Source: Ascoidea asiatica JCM 7603 (lineage: Eukaryota; Fungi; Ascomycota). Taken from it: a DNA stretch of 64,000 bases. Position 1 is the stretch's first letter. Each line of letters opens with the position of its first letter. The position numbers and the translations under genes are program-made. The stretch is taken from assembly GCA_001600695.1 (NCBI GenBank), contig BCKQ01000015.1, forward strand, positions 112,028 to 176,027. The letters run 5' to 3'. Of the stretch, positions 1-12,691 are shown piece after piece. Below the pieces are notes generated by a model. It did no database searches and was not told the DNA's origin. It worked only from the letters and a program-made list of their open reading frames with translations.

Positions 1-97
1 TATTGTTATCACTATTGTTATCACTATTGTTATCACTATTGTTATCACTATTGTTATCACTATTGTTATCACTATTGTTATCACTATTGTTATCATT
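1..97. repeat. 12-bp tandem repeat (TATTGTTATCAC)n, about 8 copies, running off the window edge
   Basis: Exact repeat units read directly from the sequence. Confidence 0.95.
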
Positions 98-143
98 ATT
101 CGTTTCTTTCCTGATTGAAATTAAGAAGCAGGGAAAATAGAAA

Positions 144-155
144 TCCCCATGGGGA
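144..155. promoter_or_regulatory. Palindrome TCCCCATGGGGA upstream of sugar porter copy 1
   Basis: The same CCCCATGGGG core occurs at 9943-9952, upstream of the paralog. Confidence 0.45.
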
Positions 156-816
156 GATGCGCTTCAAGTTTGTTTTCTAAAGTTGATTAAGAGAATAAAT
201 TTATAAAAAAAATTAATGGTTTTAATAATTAACTTATATTAAAAATATACTATTAAATTTCTAAATTTAAAACAAAAAATGGCTTATTAATAATCCGTTA
301 ATTGTTATTTTACTTTAAATCTTAAAATTAAATCAAAAGGATTCAAACAATTCAAACAACTCGAAGAATTAAAAGGGTTAAAAGGGTTTAAACTTCCTTC
401 AATTTTTTATAGAAATTATATAGGAAAAATGGTTATTATAGTAAGATAATAAATTAATCTAAATTTCTTAATAAATCAAATTTTTGTTTAAGCGATAAGA
501 ATGACAATCAAAATCTTTTTAAGAGAATTAACAATAAAAATATACTAAAAATCATATTAAAAGAGTTTGTATTCAACTATCAAAAATACTCCGAATTTTT
601 GAAAAAAAAGTTTTCCTTGAATTTAATTCATTTACTATTCAAAAATCATTTTTTTTCACTTAAACTATGAAGATACTAATACTGAAGTATATTATTAAAA
701 AAAAATTAATTTAGAATGAATTCTTTCTGATCAATATAAATATTGCCAAATACTCCATTCTTTTTCTAAAAGCAAAAAAAAAAAAAAAAACAGATAACTT
801 ATTCATATAATTGAAA

Positions 817-2460
817 ATGTCGAATGATCTTGAAAATAAATCTATTCATTCAATATTAAATGATGATATAAAATTATCAAAAGAAGAATTAAATTCAAAA
901 CTTCACATTCCAATAACTTCAATTGAATCAAAATCTATTATTAATCAATTAAAAGAAGCAAGATATGCAATTCCAAAATTATTTATTGTATTTTTTGCAG
1001 CTATTGGTATTGGTATGGATTCAATTATTTTTAGTTTATTATTAGGTGTTGAATCTTTTAGAAAAAAATATGGTTATTGGAATGAAAATTCTCAAGGTTG
1101 GGTTATTAAAGCAATTTATCAAAGTAGTTGGAATGGTGGTTCAATGGGTGCTCAAGTTATTGGATCATTTTTTGCAGGATGGTTTGGTGATAAATTTGGT
1201 AGAAAATTAACTTTAGCTGTATCATGTATTATAACAATTGCAGCAACAACAATGGCAATTGAAGCTCCAAATGTTAAAGTTTTAGTTGGTAGTAAAGTTT
1301 TAATGGGTTGTGGTGTTGGAATTTTAGTTGCAATTGTACCACCATATCTTTCTGAAATTGTACCACCAATTTTAAGAGGTATGGGAGCAATTGGTGTTAA
1401 TTTATCAATTGCATCTGGTCAATGGTTAGGTTCAATTGTTGTAATGGCAACAAATAGAGATTATCCAGATATTGATGATAATAAATCTTATAAAATTGCA
1501 ATTGGAACTCAATATATTTGTGTTTCATTATATTTAATATTAATGTGGTTATTACCAAAATCACCAAATTTTTATATTAATAATGATCAACCAGAAGAGG
1601 CAAAAAAATCACTTGAAAAATTATTCAATCTAAAAAAAACAGGATATGATATTTATTCACATTTTAATATTTTGAAAAAAGAAAAAGAAATTGAAGATAT
1701 GGCAAGACATTCAGAAGGTAAAGTTACAATTTGGTCATATTTTGAAGTTTTTAAATTAAAATATATTAGAAGAACAATAATTTCAATAATTGCATTAAAT
1801 GGACAAGTTTGGGTTGGAACTGCATTTGTATTAATATATATAAATTATTTTTTTGAATTAGCAGGAATTTCATCATCAAATGAGAAAACAGTTGGATTAT
1901 TTACTGTTGGAGTTGGTGGTAATATTGCATCATATTTTTTTATTAATAGAATTAGTAGAAGAACATTATTTACAACTGGGGTTGGATTATGTTCATTATT
2001 TAATTTAATTATGGCATGTATGGCATATTCAAGTTCAAATACTGCTGGATATGTTATTGTTGTTTTTACATTTTTTTGGTCATTTGTTTATACAGTTGGA
2101 GTTGGAGCACCAGCATATGCAATAATGGTTGAAGTACCAGAATCAAGATTAAGAGCAAAATCAGTTGCAGTTACATCAAATGTTAATTCATTAGTTACAT
2201 TTGGAGTTAATTATTTAGTACCATATTTATTTAATCCAGATGAATTAAATTTAGGTGTAAAAATTGAATTTGTTTGGTTTGGAACTGGATTTATTATTTT
2301 TATACTTTGTTTATTATTATTACCAGATACTAATGGTAAAACAGGACCAGAAATTGATTAATTATTTGAAAATGGAATTCAAGCTTGGAGATTTTCAGAT
2401 GCTAAATTTGATAATGATGGATTTCTTATTTTAAAAAGTTGTAAAAAAACAAAAGTTTAG
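817..2460 (+). pseudogene. MFS sugar porter (maltose/alpha-glucoside permease-like) with premature stop at 2359-2361; ancestral stop at 2458-2460
   Basis: Sugar-porter motifs GDKFGRK, YLSEIVPPILRG, EVPESRLRAKS, PYLFNP. TAA stands where the paralog has CAA (DQLFENG), and the downstream codons still match the paralog C-terminus. All TM helices lie before the stop, so the gene may still function. Confidence 0.8.
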
Positions 2461-2814
2461 TCTTCTTTATCTTATTTTACTTTCCTTTTTTGCTTTTGAA
2501 GAATTATCCAACCATGATTAAGAAATACATTTTTCCTATATTGTTTGCTATAATAAATCAATTCTTCTTTGTTTTTATTTTATTTTTATTTTTAATTTAT
2601 CTTTATTTTTTACTTTAGTTATGATTATTTAATGAATTTATGTCCAATTAACGATTCCTTTGTTTACTTTTACATTGTACTTGTATTTGTATTTATTAAG
2701 TTTCTTTAAAAGGACGTTCCGAGGGTCGATTTCCGGACGGTAAAATTTTATGTTTTGACCTACCTCTATTATGCAAAATCTGAAAACACAAATTTCATCA
2801 TTTTTAACAACAAG

Positions 2815-2886
2815 GCCTCTTTAGCTTAGTGGTAGAGCGTTGCACTTGTAATGCAAAGGTCGCTAGTTCAATTCTGGCAAGAGGCA
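2815..2886 (+). tRNA. tRNA-Thr(UGU)
   Basis: GCCTCTT/AAGAGGC acceptor stem, TTGCA-CTTGTAA-TGCAA anticodon arm, GTTCAATTC T-loop. Confidence 0.95.
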
Positions 2887-3144
2887 TTTGCAAGTTGTTT
2901 TTTCTTTTTATATTAAACAATGTTTGTTAATTTTTTTTATATTTGAATGTTTTATTTTTACTTTCTCATTGATTAAATAAACAATATATTAAAAAGGAAT
3001 TGTAGAAAAGTGATCATTTGAAGATTTATTGACATGTATTAGTGGAAATATATATATATAAAAATATATACTTAGATAGATGTTAATTGAATGGTAATAG
3101 TTATAAAAACTAGATAACTATATAACTACATATTAAATTATTAT

Positions 3145-3543
3145 TTAATAACCAAAATCTTGTTTACCTTCTTTAAAAAATTCAACAGTAGGTTTCATAT
3201 TATCAGGTAAAGTATAATTATTTTCTGGAGTTTTGAAAGTATAAGCAGAAATAAAATCATTACCATCACAATCACAATGAACTTTAGTCATTGTACCACA
3301 ATTTGAACAAAAAAATCTTGATTTTGGTTTTCCAGATGCAGTATCATACATTGTATATTTACTTTCTTTTGAATTTAAATCAATTTTTTTAACATCTTTT
3401 GGATTATAACCAACTAATGAAGGACCATTGGCAGAAGATGGAATTGTACAATGATTACAATAACAAGTTTCATTAACAAAAGGTTCACCAGTAACTTCAT
3501 ATTTAACTTCACCACAAAGACATTGAGCTTTATAAACTGTCAT
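3145..3543 (-). CDS. GFA/CENP-V (Mss4-like) zinc-binding protein
   Basis: CxCGxV, CxCxxC and FCxxCG cysteine motifs. Confidence 0.9.
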   Translation of the reverse strand: MTVYKAQCLCGEVKYEVTGEPFVNETCYCNHCTIPSSANGPSLVGYNPKDVKKIDLNSKESKYTMYDTASGKPKSRFFCSNCGTMTKVHCDCDGNDFISAYTFKTPENNYTLPDNMKPTVEFFKEGKQDFGY

Positions 3544-4427
3544 TTTGAAATTTATTTGAAATTGATTATTATTTTTGATTTGTATTAAAATAAAAGGTAT
3601 GTAATTATTAATGTATATAATGAAATAAGAACAATGAATAATAGGATAATTGAATTAAAAAAGGAATAGTGTAAATTGAAATAAAAAAGTAGAGATTATT
3701 ATCTATTTATATATAATTTTATATTCTTTCAAATTATTTTATATTCTTTTATATTATTTTCTAGTAAAATAATGGAATTTCTGGACTCAACATTATTGCG
3801 AGTCCACTTCCTTAAATCTAGGATAATTCTGTTTCATGACTAGTATTAAAAGCAAGTCCAAAATTTCAATTCAATTCAATTCAATTCAATTCAATCTAAT
3901 ACTAACATGCTTTCAATATTCTCAACACTTTCACCAATTTCACTGCTTTCTTTTCTTTCATTTCTCCAATTCTTTCATTCTTCTTTTTTGTCTTTTCTCC
4001 AAGTTCCAAAAAGGCCTCGGAGTGCTATGAAATGGCAAAAACCGGAAAGTGTAAATTCTTTGAATATCGAAAATGGAAAGATATTTTACTTTTTATGGGT
4101 TTTATGGTGACTTACTAAAGTATAAAAGCGGGGATGAGTGCAGGTATCATTTACCTTGACTGTTCTGTTTTCACGGGTATTATTTTTGTTTTCGGACTTT
4201 TTTAAAAATTTCATCCGATTTTTTTTTTGTTTCCGACGTTTCCGATTTTTAAAGCCGTTTTTGAGGCCAAGTTTGCGGTACTTCTTTTTTATATATTTCA
4301 TATTTGAATAAATAAAGCTTTAATGATTATTATTTTAATTATACAATATTATTAGAAATGTTTATTTGAGAGAATATAGAATTAAAGAAGTGAAATGAAA
4401 TTAAAAAAGAAAAAAAAGGAGAGTTAA

Positions 4428-7061
4428 TTATTCAATTATTTTAAAAATGAAACTTAAAAAAGTAGCTAATGCAAAACAAAAACAAATACTATTTGGACCA
4501 ATTTTATCATAATAATTTACTGCTTTTTTTTTACGAATATTTAAAACTCTCCAAATATATAAAAATGTTGAATATAAAATTATACCAATACTTAAAATAA
4601 AAAATCCAATTGAAGCAGAAATTGCACTTAAATTACTATTATAAGTTAATAAAGATGTTGAAATTCCACCTAAAATTAAAGATATTGATAACCATGATAA
4701 AAATGTTCTTTCTGTTGCAAAATAAACTTTTGGTTCAATTCTTATTGGTATACAAATTTCTTTACCAGGTGGAGCTGTAAATCTTGTTTCAAATTTTGTA
4801 CCTTGAGGTACTTTAAAAACTCTATCATCATTAAAATAATGATCAATAAAACTTAAAATTTTACCAATTTTAGAATTTTCATTTATTTTTTTACCAAATA
4901 ATGTAATAGTATTAAAATTATTAAAATTGTTATTATAAATTAATGGAGTTGATTCATCATCTTCTAATGGAGAAATATTTGTATTAGTAATATTTGTATT
5001 TGAATTTATATTTTCTGGAATTAAATTACCATTATAACCATTACCATTTTCATTTTCAATTTCAATTTCAATTTCATTATTATAATTACCACCTAATAAT
5101 TCTTCTTCATCTAAATTATTTCCATTAGAAGTATTAGTATTATTATTAATATTATTTGTAAATTTTTTTAATTGATTATTATTTCTTGAAATTCCAATAT
5201 TTTCATTAATATTTTCAATTTTTGGTTTTTTAATATCAATATTCATTTGTGGTAACCAAAATGGAATTAAATTAATTTTTTCAGGTAATAAAGTTGAAAT
5301 ACCATGAATAAATTTTGAAAATTTTGGTACAGCTTCAACTAAATGACTTGAAACTAAATTTCTAATCCAAGTTGGAGGTTCTTGACCTAATTGAGTTTGT
5401 AATTTAACTTCTAAGATTGCATATGGAAATCTACAAATATCTTTATCATTTAATTGATTAAAAGGATAATCAATACCAATATCCATTCTTCTCCAATTTT
5501 TTAAAGTTCTATTAATACCATCAAAATTATCTTCTCTAATCATTGATAATTCAGTATCTAAAGAAATTCTAACTCTTGCATCACCAGGTAATTGAAAAGC
5601 AGTTCTATTATAAAAACTTCTAATTACAGGTCTTAATTTTTTTTTAATTATAGTATATTGAATTTCATTTGCTAAATTTTCTAAATTTTTAATTTCATTT
5701 ATTGATTTTTTTTTATCTTTTTTTAATTTTTCAAAAATTTGATTAACATTATAATTACCTTTTAAAAATTGATTAATATATTTTTCTTTTATTGGAAATC
5801 TTTGTTTTACAGAATTTTCACCAGTCCAATCTTCTCTATGAGTTTTTCTTTCAATAAATATTGTATCAGAATCCATTGAACCATACCAACGTAATCTATG
5901 AGCTTCAGCACCTTCATCTTTTCTTAATCTACCATAATATAAATCTAAATTTTTATTATCAAAATATATTGAAGTTATTGCAGAATCTTCTTTATTAAAA
6001 TCTTTATTTGAATTAAAAACTAAAACAGGTAAATGTTTTAAAATTATTAATTTTAATTCAGTTATATTATCAGGATGAATCCAATATTTAGTTGTTTGTC
6101 TTATAAAATTTTGTTGATTACCACCAGAAGATGAATCACCTTTAATTGGATTACCTTTTGTTCTAACTAAATCATATAATTTTGAAATATTAATAATTAA
6201 AATTTCATAATTTATTTTAAAAAAAGGTTTTGAATTTAATCTAATTTGAAATATTGGTTTTAAAATATAATTTTTTTTATTATTATTATTATTATTTAAA
6301 TATTTTGAAGTTAATTTATCATGTTTTTTTAAAATTTTTTGAAAACCAGTATAATTTAATCTTGTAAAATTTTCTAAATCATGAACATCAAGAATAATAT
6401 CACTTAATTCTTGTTCACAATCTTTGAAATCATTTTCTAGTTTTCTTTTATTTTTAATTAATTTTTTTAAAAATAGTTCTTTATTAATACTATTATCATC
6501 ATCATCTTCATCATCGTCGTCATTATTAGTTGTTGTTGTTGTTATATTTGTATTTGATTGATTATGTAAGTGATTATGTAAGCGAGGATTTACATTATTA
6601 TTATTATTATTGTTATCAGTACTATTAGTAGTATTATTATTAGTTCTATTGTTAATATTATTATTATTATTAGAGCTATTATTATTTAATTCATGTTCTA
6701 ATTGAGAATTAATTTTATTAAAATCAATAATTGATAAATTATTATTAATAAAATCATTATAAATTAAATCATTTTTTTGAACAGATTTAACTAATTTATT
6801 AATTAAAATTTCTGAATTTTTAATTCTTCTTAAAATTTCAATTTTTTTTAAATTTGTAAAATTATAAATTTTATCTAAATTTTTTTCTAAAGATGTTAAA
6901 AATTTTTCTTCACTTTCATTTGTCCAATTTATTGAATTTGTTAAATTATTATGAATTAAATTTTTTTTTAATTCATGTTTTAATTCATCATAATCAATAT
7001 AATAATATTTATATTGACCATAATAATTTATTGAATTTATTAATTGTTCACCAAATTTCAT
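4428..7061 (-). CDS. VTC4: Vacuolar polyphosphate polymerase Vtc4 (SPX + VTC + DUF202 TM domains)
   Basis: MKFG start, [60 protein letters not shown]. Confidence 0.97.
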   Translation of the reverse strand: MKFGEQLINSINYYGQYKYYYIDYDELKHELKKNLIHNNLTNSINWTNESEEKFLTSLEKNLDKIYNFTNLKKIEILRRIKNSEILINKLVKSVQKNDLIYNDFINNNLSIIDFNKINSQLEHELNNNSSNNNNNINNRTNNNTTNSTDNNNNNNNVNPRLHNHLHNQSNTNITTTTTNNDDDDEDDDDNSINKELFLKKLIKNKRKLENDFKDCEQELSDIILDVHDLENFTRLNYTGFQKILKKHDKLTSKYLNNNNNNKKNYILKPIFQIRLNSKPFFKINYEILIINISKLYDLVRTKGNPIKGDSSSGGNQQNFIRQTTKYWIHPDNITELKLIILKHLPVLVFNSNKDFNKEDSAITSIYFDNKNLDLYYGRLRKDEGAEAHRLRWYGSMDSDTIFIERKTHREDWTGENSVKQRFPIKEKYINQFLKGNYNVNQIFEKLKKDKKKSINEIKNLENLANEIQYTIIKKKLRPVIRSFYNRTAFQLPGDARVRISLDTELSMIREDNFDGINRTLKNWRRMDIGIDYPFNQLNDKDICRFPYAILEVKLQTQLGQEPPTWIRNLVSSHLVEAVPKFSKFIHGISTLLPEKINLIPFWLPQMNIDIKKPKIENINENIGISRNNNQLKKFTNNINNNTNTSNGNNLDEEELLGGNYNNEIEIEIENENGNGYNGNLIPENINSNTNITNTNISPLEDDESTPLIYNNNFNNFNTITLFGKKINENSKIGKILSFIDHYFNDDRVFKVPQGTKFETRFTAPPGKEICIPIRIEPKVYFATERTFLSWLSISLILGGISTSLLTYNSNLSAISASIGFFILSIGIILYSTFLYIWRVLNIRKKKAVNYYDKIGPNSICFCFALATFLSFIFKIIE

Positions 7062-7421
7062 TGTTTTTTTTTTTTTAATTGTATGTATGAATGAATGAAT
7101 ATAATTGATTGAATATTAAGAATAAAAGAAATTAAAAAAGCTTAGGGGAATTGAATAGATATTTATAAAAGAAAAGTTTTTGAAAAGTTTTTGAAAAGTT
7201 TTTGAAAAAGTATATGAATAAAAAAGAGAATAAACAAAGGAAATTAGTAAAAATAAGTCAAATGAAGTAAAAATAAAGGTGTTTTTGTAACTGATTTGTT
7301 TGTTAAGGCTGGTGAAATGAAATCCCACGGGCAAAAAGCGGGAAAATTAAAACGAGCATCGAAAAGTTGGAAGAAAATGGGAAGAAACAGCCACCGGCAG
7401 AGAAACAGGCAGCAGACAGGC

Positions 7422-7429
7422 CACGTGGG
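7422..7429. promoter_or_regulatory. Pho4-type site CACGTGGG about 360 bp upstream of VTC4
   Basis: Motif is in the sequence; VTC4 is a PHO-regulon gene in yeasts. Confidence 0.55.
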
Positions 7430-7612
7430 CAGGGACAGAGCAGGCAGCAGCAGGAAAAAACAGACAAGAGCAGACAAGAACAGGAAGCAAGCAGGAAGAG
7501 AGAAAGCAGCAGCGGCGAAGAAAGAGAGAAGAGAAGAGAAGAGAAGAAGGGTAACAGATGCAGAAGAAGAGGCAAAAATAAAAAAAGATAATAAGCAACA
7601 AAGTAAAAAAGA

Positions 7613-7684
7613 AGGTCGTACCCGGACTCGAACCGGGGTTATCCGGATCAAAACCGAAGGTGATCACCACTACACTATACAACC
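7613..7684 (-). tRNA. tRNA-Gln(UUG)
   Basis: Reverse complement GGTTGTATAGTGTAGTGGT...TTCGG-TTTTGAT-CCGGA...GGTTCGAGTCC...ACGACCT. Confidence 0.95.
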
Positions 7685-7924
7685 TTTTTCGCTGTTTTTT
7701 TGTTTTTTTTTGATCGTCCTTGAGGAGCATGACTGTTATTCGAGGCCAGGTTTGTGGATGGCCTGTTCAAGGTGTGTTTACTGATATTTATCTTACAGCT
7801 AGTCTATTAACAGTATTAAGTTACAGTACTTTTTTATGTTCAATATATTCATAGTTTCAGTTACTTTATTATATTATAGTTTAAGATAATAGGATAATAG
7901 GATAATAAGATAAAATAAAGATGT

Positions 7925-9461
7925 TTAAACTTTTGTTTTTTTACAACTTTCTAAAATAAGAAATCCATCATTATCAAATTTAGCATCTGAAAATCTCCAG
8001 GCTTGAATTCCATTTTCAAATAATTGATCAATTTCTGGTCCTGTTTTACCATTAGTATCTGGTAATAATAATAAACAAAGTATAAAAATAACAAATCCAG
8101 TTCCAAACCAAACAAATTCAATTTTAACTCCCATATTTAATTCATCTGGATTAAATAAATATGGTACTAAATAATTAACTCCAAATGTAACTAATGAATT
8201 AACATTTGATGTAACTGCAACTGATTTTGCTCTTAATCTTGATTCTGGTACTTCAACCATTATTGCATATGCTGGTGCTCCAACTCCAACTGTATAAACA
8301 AATGACCAAAAAAATGCAAATATTACAATAATATATGCTGCTGCATTAGAATTTGAATATACCATACATGCCATAATTAAATTAAATAATGAACATAATC
8401 CAACTCCAGAAATATATAATGTTCTTCTACTCATTTTATTAACAATTAATCCTGAAATTATATTTGCTCCAATTCCAACTGTAAAAATTCCAACTGTTTT
8501 TTCATTTGATGATGAAATTCCTGCCAATTCAAAAAAATAATTTATATATCCAACTACAAATGCAGTTCCAACCCAAATTTGTCCATTTAATGCAATTATT
8601 GAAATTATTGTTCTTCTAATATATTTTAATTTAAAAACTTCAAAATATGATAAAATTGTAAGTTTACCTTCTGAATTTCTTGCAATATCTTCAATTTCTT
8701 TTTCTTTTTTCAAAATTTTAAAATGTCTTTCAATATTATATCCAGATTTTTTTGGTTTAAATAAAAAATTTAATGATTTTTTTGCTTTTTCATCTTTATT
8801 TTTATTTATATAAACTTGGAGATTCTGGTATAAAATACATTAAAATTAAATATAATGATACACAAATATATTGCATTCCAAGTGGAATTCTATATGATTT
8901 ATTATCATTAATATTTGGATAATTTTTTGCAGATCCCATAATTGCAAGTGATCCAAACCATTGTCCAATTGTAATTGAAAAATTAACTCCCATTGCACCT
9001 AAACCTCTTAATTTTGGTGGTACAATTTCAGAAAGATATGGTGGTACATTTGCAACTAAAATTCCAACACCACAACCCATTAAAACTTTACTACCAATTA
9101 AAACTTTAACATTTGGTGCTTCAATTGACATTGTTATTCCTCCAATTGTTATTAAACATGATATTGCTAAAGTTAATTTTCTACCAAATTTATCACCAAA
9201 CCATCCTGCAAAAAATGCTCCAATACCTAATAATAAACTAAAAACAATTGAATCCATACCAATTCCAATACCTGCTAAAAAAATTATAATAATTACTGGA
9301 ATTGAATATTTTGCTTTTTTAAATTCTTCAAAAATTGTTTCTTCTTCATATTCATTATTATTTTCATTATTAAATTCATTATCAAATTCATCTTTTGATA
9401 ATTTTTTCTCAATATCTTTTTCTAAAATAGAATGAACTGATTCTTCTGTTTCTTTATTCAT
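7925..9461 (-). pseudogene. Second alpha-glucoside permease paralog, frameshifted near 8810 and carrying a 37-codon in-frame deletion
   Basis: ORFs 8802-9461 and 7925-8713 are the N- and C-halves of the 817-2460 protein. The bridging sequence (YINKNKDEKAKKSL...) is in the downstream frame. SLLLG joins directly to IGAFF. Confidence 0.88.
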
Positions 9462-10646
9462 TTTGATTATTTTTTTTCACTTGAAATATTATCTCTAATT
9501 AAGTAACTAAGTAATTAAGTAATTTGAATATATAAATTAAATTGAAATTATCATTATTTGTTGATATATTTATAGAATATTGAAATTAGCTATTATATTT
9601 ATTTAGAATAGATTTGTTATTTATTAATTATAGATTTGCATATTATACGAGATAATTTGGGTAATGAAAATAAACCAAATAAATCAAATAAATCAAATAA
9701 ACCAAATATGGTTGTCTAAAATTTTAATAAGTAATATAAAATTCAATATAATCTGGGGTAATTCTTATCAAATCCGGTTAAATAAGATTTTCATTTCTTT
9801 TAATTGAAAATTATGACCGAAATTCCTCTTTTTTTTTTTTTTTTTTTCTTAAATATATTAAAATTAATTTGTTATTTGGAATAAAAATCCTAAAATGAAT
9901 AATTCAGTCAATCAATATACTGGCTGTAGTTTTTCTTGAAACCCCCATGGGGTAAAAGGGATTTGAAAAGTAATGATGTCTAATTTTTAGATTTTATTAT
10001 TTTTTCGGCAAATGAATAAAAGTAAAAGTGCAATAAATAGTTTTATGAAACTAAGATTAGAACCCAAATCTGGACTTGATTGAAATCTGAGAAATGGCAA
10101 TATGTAAAAAAATATAGTTGTGTGAATGTAGAAAAGTGTAGTACTCCTCATTTTTCAAAATGTAAAAGAATATTATCATTTATTAAAAAGGGAAATAGGT
10201 AGATACTTTAAGAATCTACTTTATGTTAAATTGTATTTAAATATTAGAATAAAAATGACTCCACTTTCCAAATTATTCAAGGAACCATAATAAACCGAGA
10301 CTAAAAATATGAAAGGTAATAAATTTCAAAAGGGAATTTCGTATAATTGTTAAATCTAACTTCTAGAGTTTATACAGTATATAGTGAATTTAAAAGATAC
10401 TTCCGAAATCAGCTTGTTATTGTTTATGACAATTTGATTTTAAAATCGTTAGTTTCGTATGTTCTTTGAATAGAAATCAGTTATTAAATAATAGTTATAA
10501 TAATAATTATAATAATAATATATTTAATATAGAGCATTTTAACAGCATAATACTATTACTGAATTGCAATTGATGCTTTAAGTTATTGAATGCAAACGTA
10601 GAAATTCTACTCTTTTATCATTTTCTTGAAGGGAAAAGTATCAAAA

Positions 10647-10714
10647 TCCGATATAGAGTAACGGTGATCATACCTTTCACCGAGGAGACCCGGGTTCGAC
10701 TCCGGGTATCGGAA
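10647..10714 (+). pseudogene. Degenerate tRNA-Glu(UUC)
   Basis: Relative to 39514-39585: 4-nt deletion in the anticodon stem, T>A in the D-stem, C>G in the T-stem. Confidence 0.9.
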
Positions 10715-10836
10715 TAGAAGCATGTTAATTAACATTTTTCTTTATATTTTTTTTCAAGTTCTTGTCCTACAATTATATATTTTTTGCCCTAAATAAAAAT
10801 TAAAAAAAAATAAAAATAAAACTAAAAAAAAAAGGA

Positions 10837-10930
10837 CTCCTCATTAGGGGCTCGAACCCTAGACATTTCGGTTGCTCGAAATTAACAAATCCCTAAAAGC
10901 CGAACGCTCTACCAACTGAGCTAATGGGGA
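10837..10930 (-). tRNA. tRNA-Lys(UUU) with 21-nt intron
   Basis: TCCCCATTAGCTCAGTTGGTAGAGCGTTCGGCTTTTA-intron-ACCGAAATGTCTAGGGTTCGAGCCCCTAATGAGGAG. Confidence 0.95.
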
Positions 10931-11114
10931 TGAGTCCTGTTTCTTGGGTCTCTTTTTGAATCATGATAGAATGGTGTACATTGATGGAGTTGTTTGGATT
11001 TTTTAAGTCATTAAATTAAGTATACAGTATACTGTCATAAGGAATTGATTATATATGAAATCATTTATTTATTTGTTTATTTACTTTATTTTTTAATGGT
11101 TATATACTTTTCTA

Positions 11115-11477
11115 TTAATTATCAGTTTTTATATCATCTTTAATAACATTTTCTATTGGAATATCTTTATCTAAAAGTCTACCTTGTCTTTGACCAGTTT
11201 CACCATTAATTCTAATTAAAATATTATTTGGTAATAATTGACCTTCTTCAATATCTTTCCAATCATTACTAGGTTTAAAGATATTTAAATTTTTTCCTTT
11301 TAAGTTTTCATTTGAATTGACATTTGAATTTATATAATTTTTATAATTTGATATAATTTCATTATTTAAATTAAAAATTTCACCATTTATTTGAAAAATT
11401 GTTAAAAAAATTATAATTATTATTAATATAATTAAAATATATTTACGATTATTTAAAATTTCTTGATTTGAAAACAT
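11115..11477 (-). CDS. Small signal-anchored protein with a Sil1/Sls1 N-terminal-like motif
   Basis: Hydrophobic residues 13-30. FKPSNDWKDIEEGQLLPNNILIRINGETGQRQGRL resembles the Sil1 motif FxPTxEWQxVxxGQxLPxGLHVRxNxxTGxKEAKL. Confidence 0.7.
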   Translation of the reverse strand: MFSNQEILNNRKYILIILIIIIIFLTIFQINGEIFNLNNEIISNYKNYINSNVNSNENLKGKNLNIFKPSNDWKDIEEGQLLPNNILIRINGETGQRQGRLLDKDIPIENVIKDDIKTDN

Positions 11478-12072
11478 CTTTTGAGAATTAAAATTACATT
11501 GATTTCAATAATTAAATTAAATAATTATAAAATTTAATTGATTTATTATCCATTCACTTTACAGTCTTTAAAAACAAATTTAACACTTATGATATATTAT
11601 TCTTATTTCTTATTCCTATTTCAACTATTATTATTACTTGTAATAGATATAAATATAAATATAAATATAAATAAAGGGCTTTAAATCATTAGCCTTAAGT
11701 GATTTGCAATAATATTCATCTATTATTTTTTTTAATATCTACAGTATTACATATAATCCTATTTACAATATATTATTATTCATAATAATTTCATCATTTT
11801 CAAAAGAATATCTGAATTCAATGGGCTTAAAAATAAACAAAATCTGATTACGTAAGTGACAATTATCAAAAAATGAAACGTTTAAAGAAAAAAAAAAAAA
11901 AAAAAAAGGGTTTTGGGGAAGTCCTGTCCTGAATATTTAAAAACTTTGCATCTGTTTTTAAGGTTTAGTGCATGATTCAGACGGCGGTACTGTGAAGTGT
12001 TTCTATGTGCTATAATAGGGTTGTACAGATTTGTGCACACTTTTGCCTGCTTTTGACGCAACGCAAAACCCC

Positions 12073-12414
12073 AACTGTGGCGGGATGTTTGTGTGGCGTA
12101 GCAGCGAAATACGGGAGAAAAGCGCGCACCAAAAGCGCCATTACGTAATTTGCAAATGCTGCCAAGCCCGCAAATTCCTTTAATTACGCCAATAATCGTT
12201 TTTCCACACTTTTTCACACTTTTTCACACTTTTTCAACAATTTCAATATATTTTTTATATATTTCTAGCTGCAATGCAAATACTTTTAAATTATCGAGTA
12301 AAATGAAATATTTCAATAATAATGACAATAATAATGACAAGAATAATAACAATAACAATAATAAAATAATGGACTAAAACAAAACATGAAGTCAATTCAT
12401 AAACAGCCACAGTT
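12073..12414. promoter_or_regulatory. Two Met31/Met32-like AACTGTGGC sites (12073-12081 +, 12406-12414 -) and a TTACGTAA (12141-12148) upstream of the FMO gene
   Basis: Motifs read directly; they match the core of the Met31/32 consensus AAACTGTGGC. Confidence 0.5.
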
Positions 12415-12691
12415 CCCCTCGTGAAAATGATTCTAATAAGTGCTGATATATAAAAAAAAAAAAAAAAACATACCATAATTCTTTGGTTAAGAATTCAGTT
12501 GATTTATCCTTAAGAAAAAGAAAATTAACAGAAGATTAAAAAAAAAAAGCAAAAAAGCAAAAAAGCAAAAAAGCAATTAAAAAGCTTTGATTATAAATAA
12601 GACGAAATGTAATTGACTTTGAATATATGAATAGTAACAATAAAATATAGTTATATATACAGTATATATATTAAATATTCATAATTACAAA

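Noticed and set aside
7244-7784. Five overlapping ORFs of 74-162 aa
   Set aside because: They arise from a purine-skewed GC-rich promoter tract, some cross tRNA-Gln, most use non-ATG starts, and none has a domain
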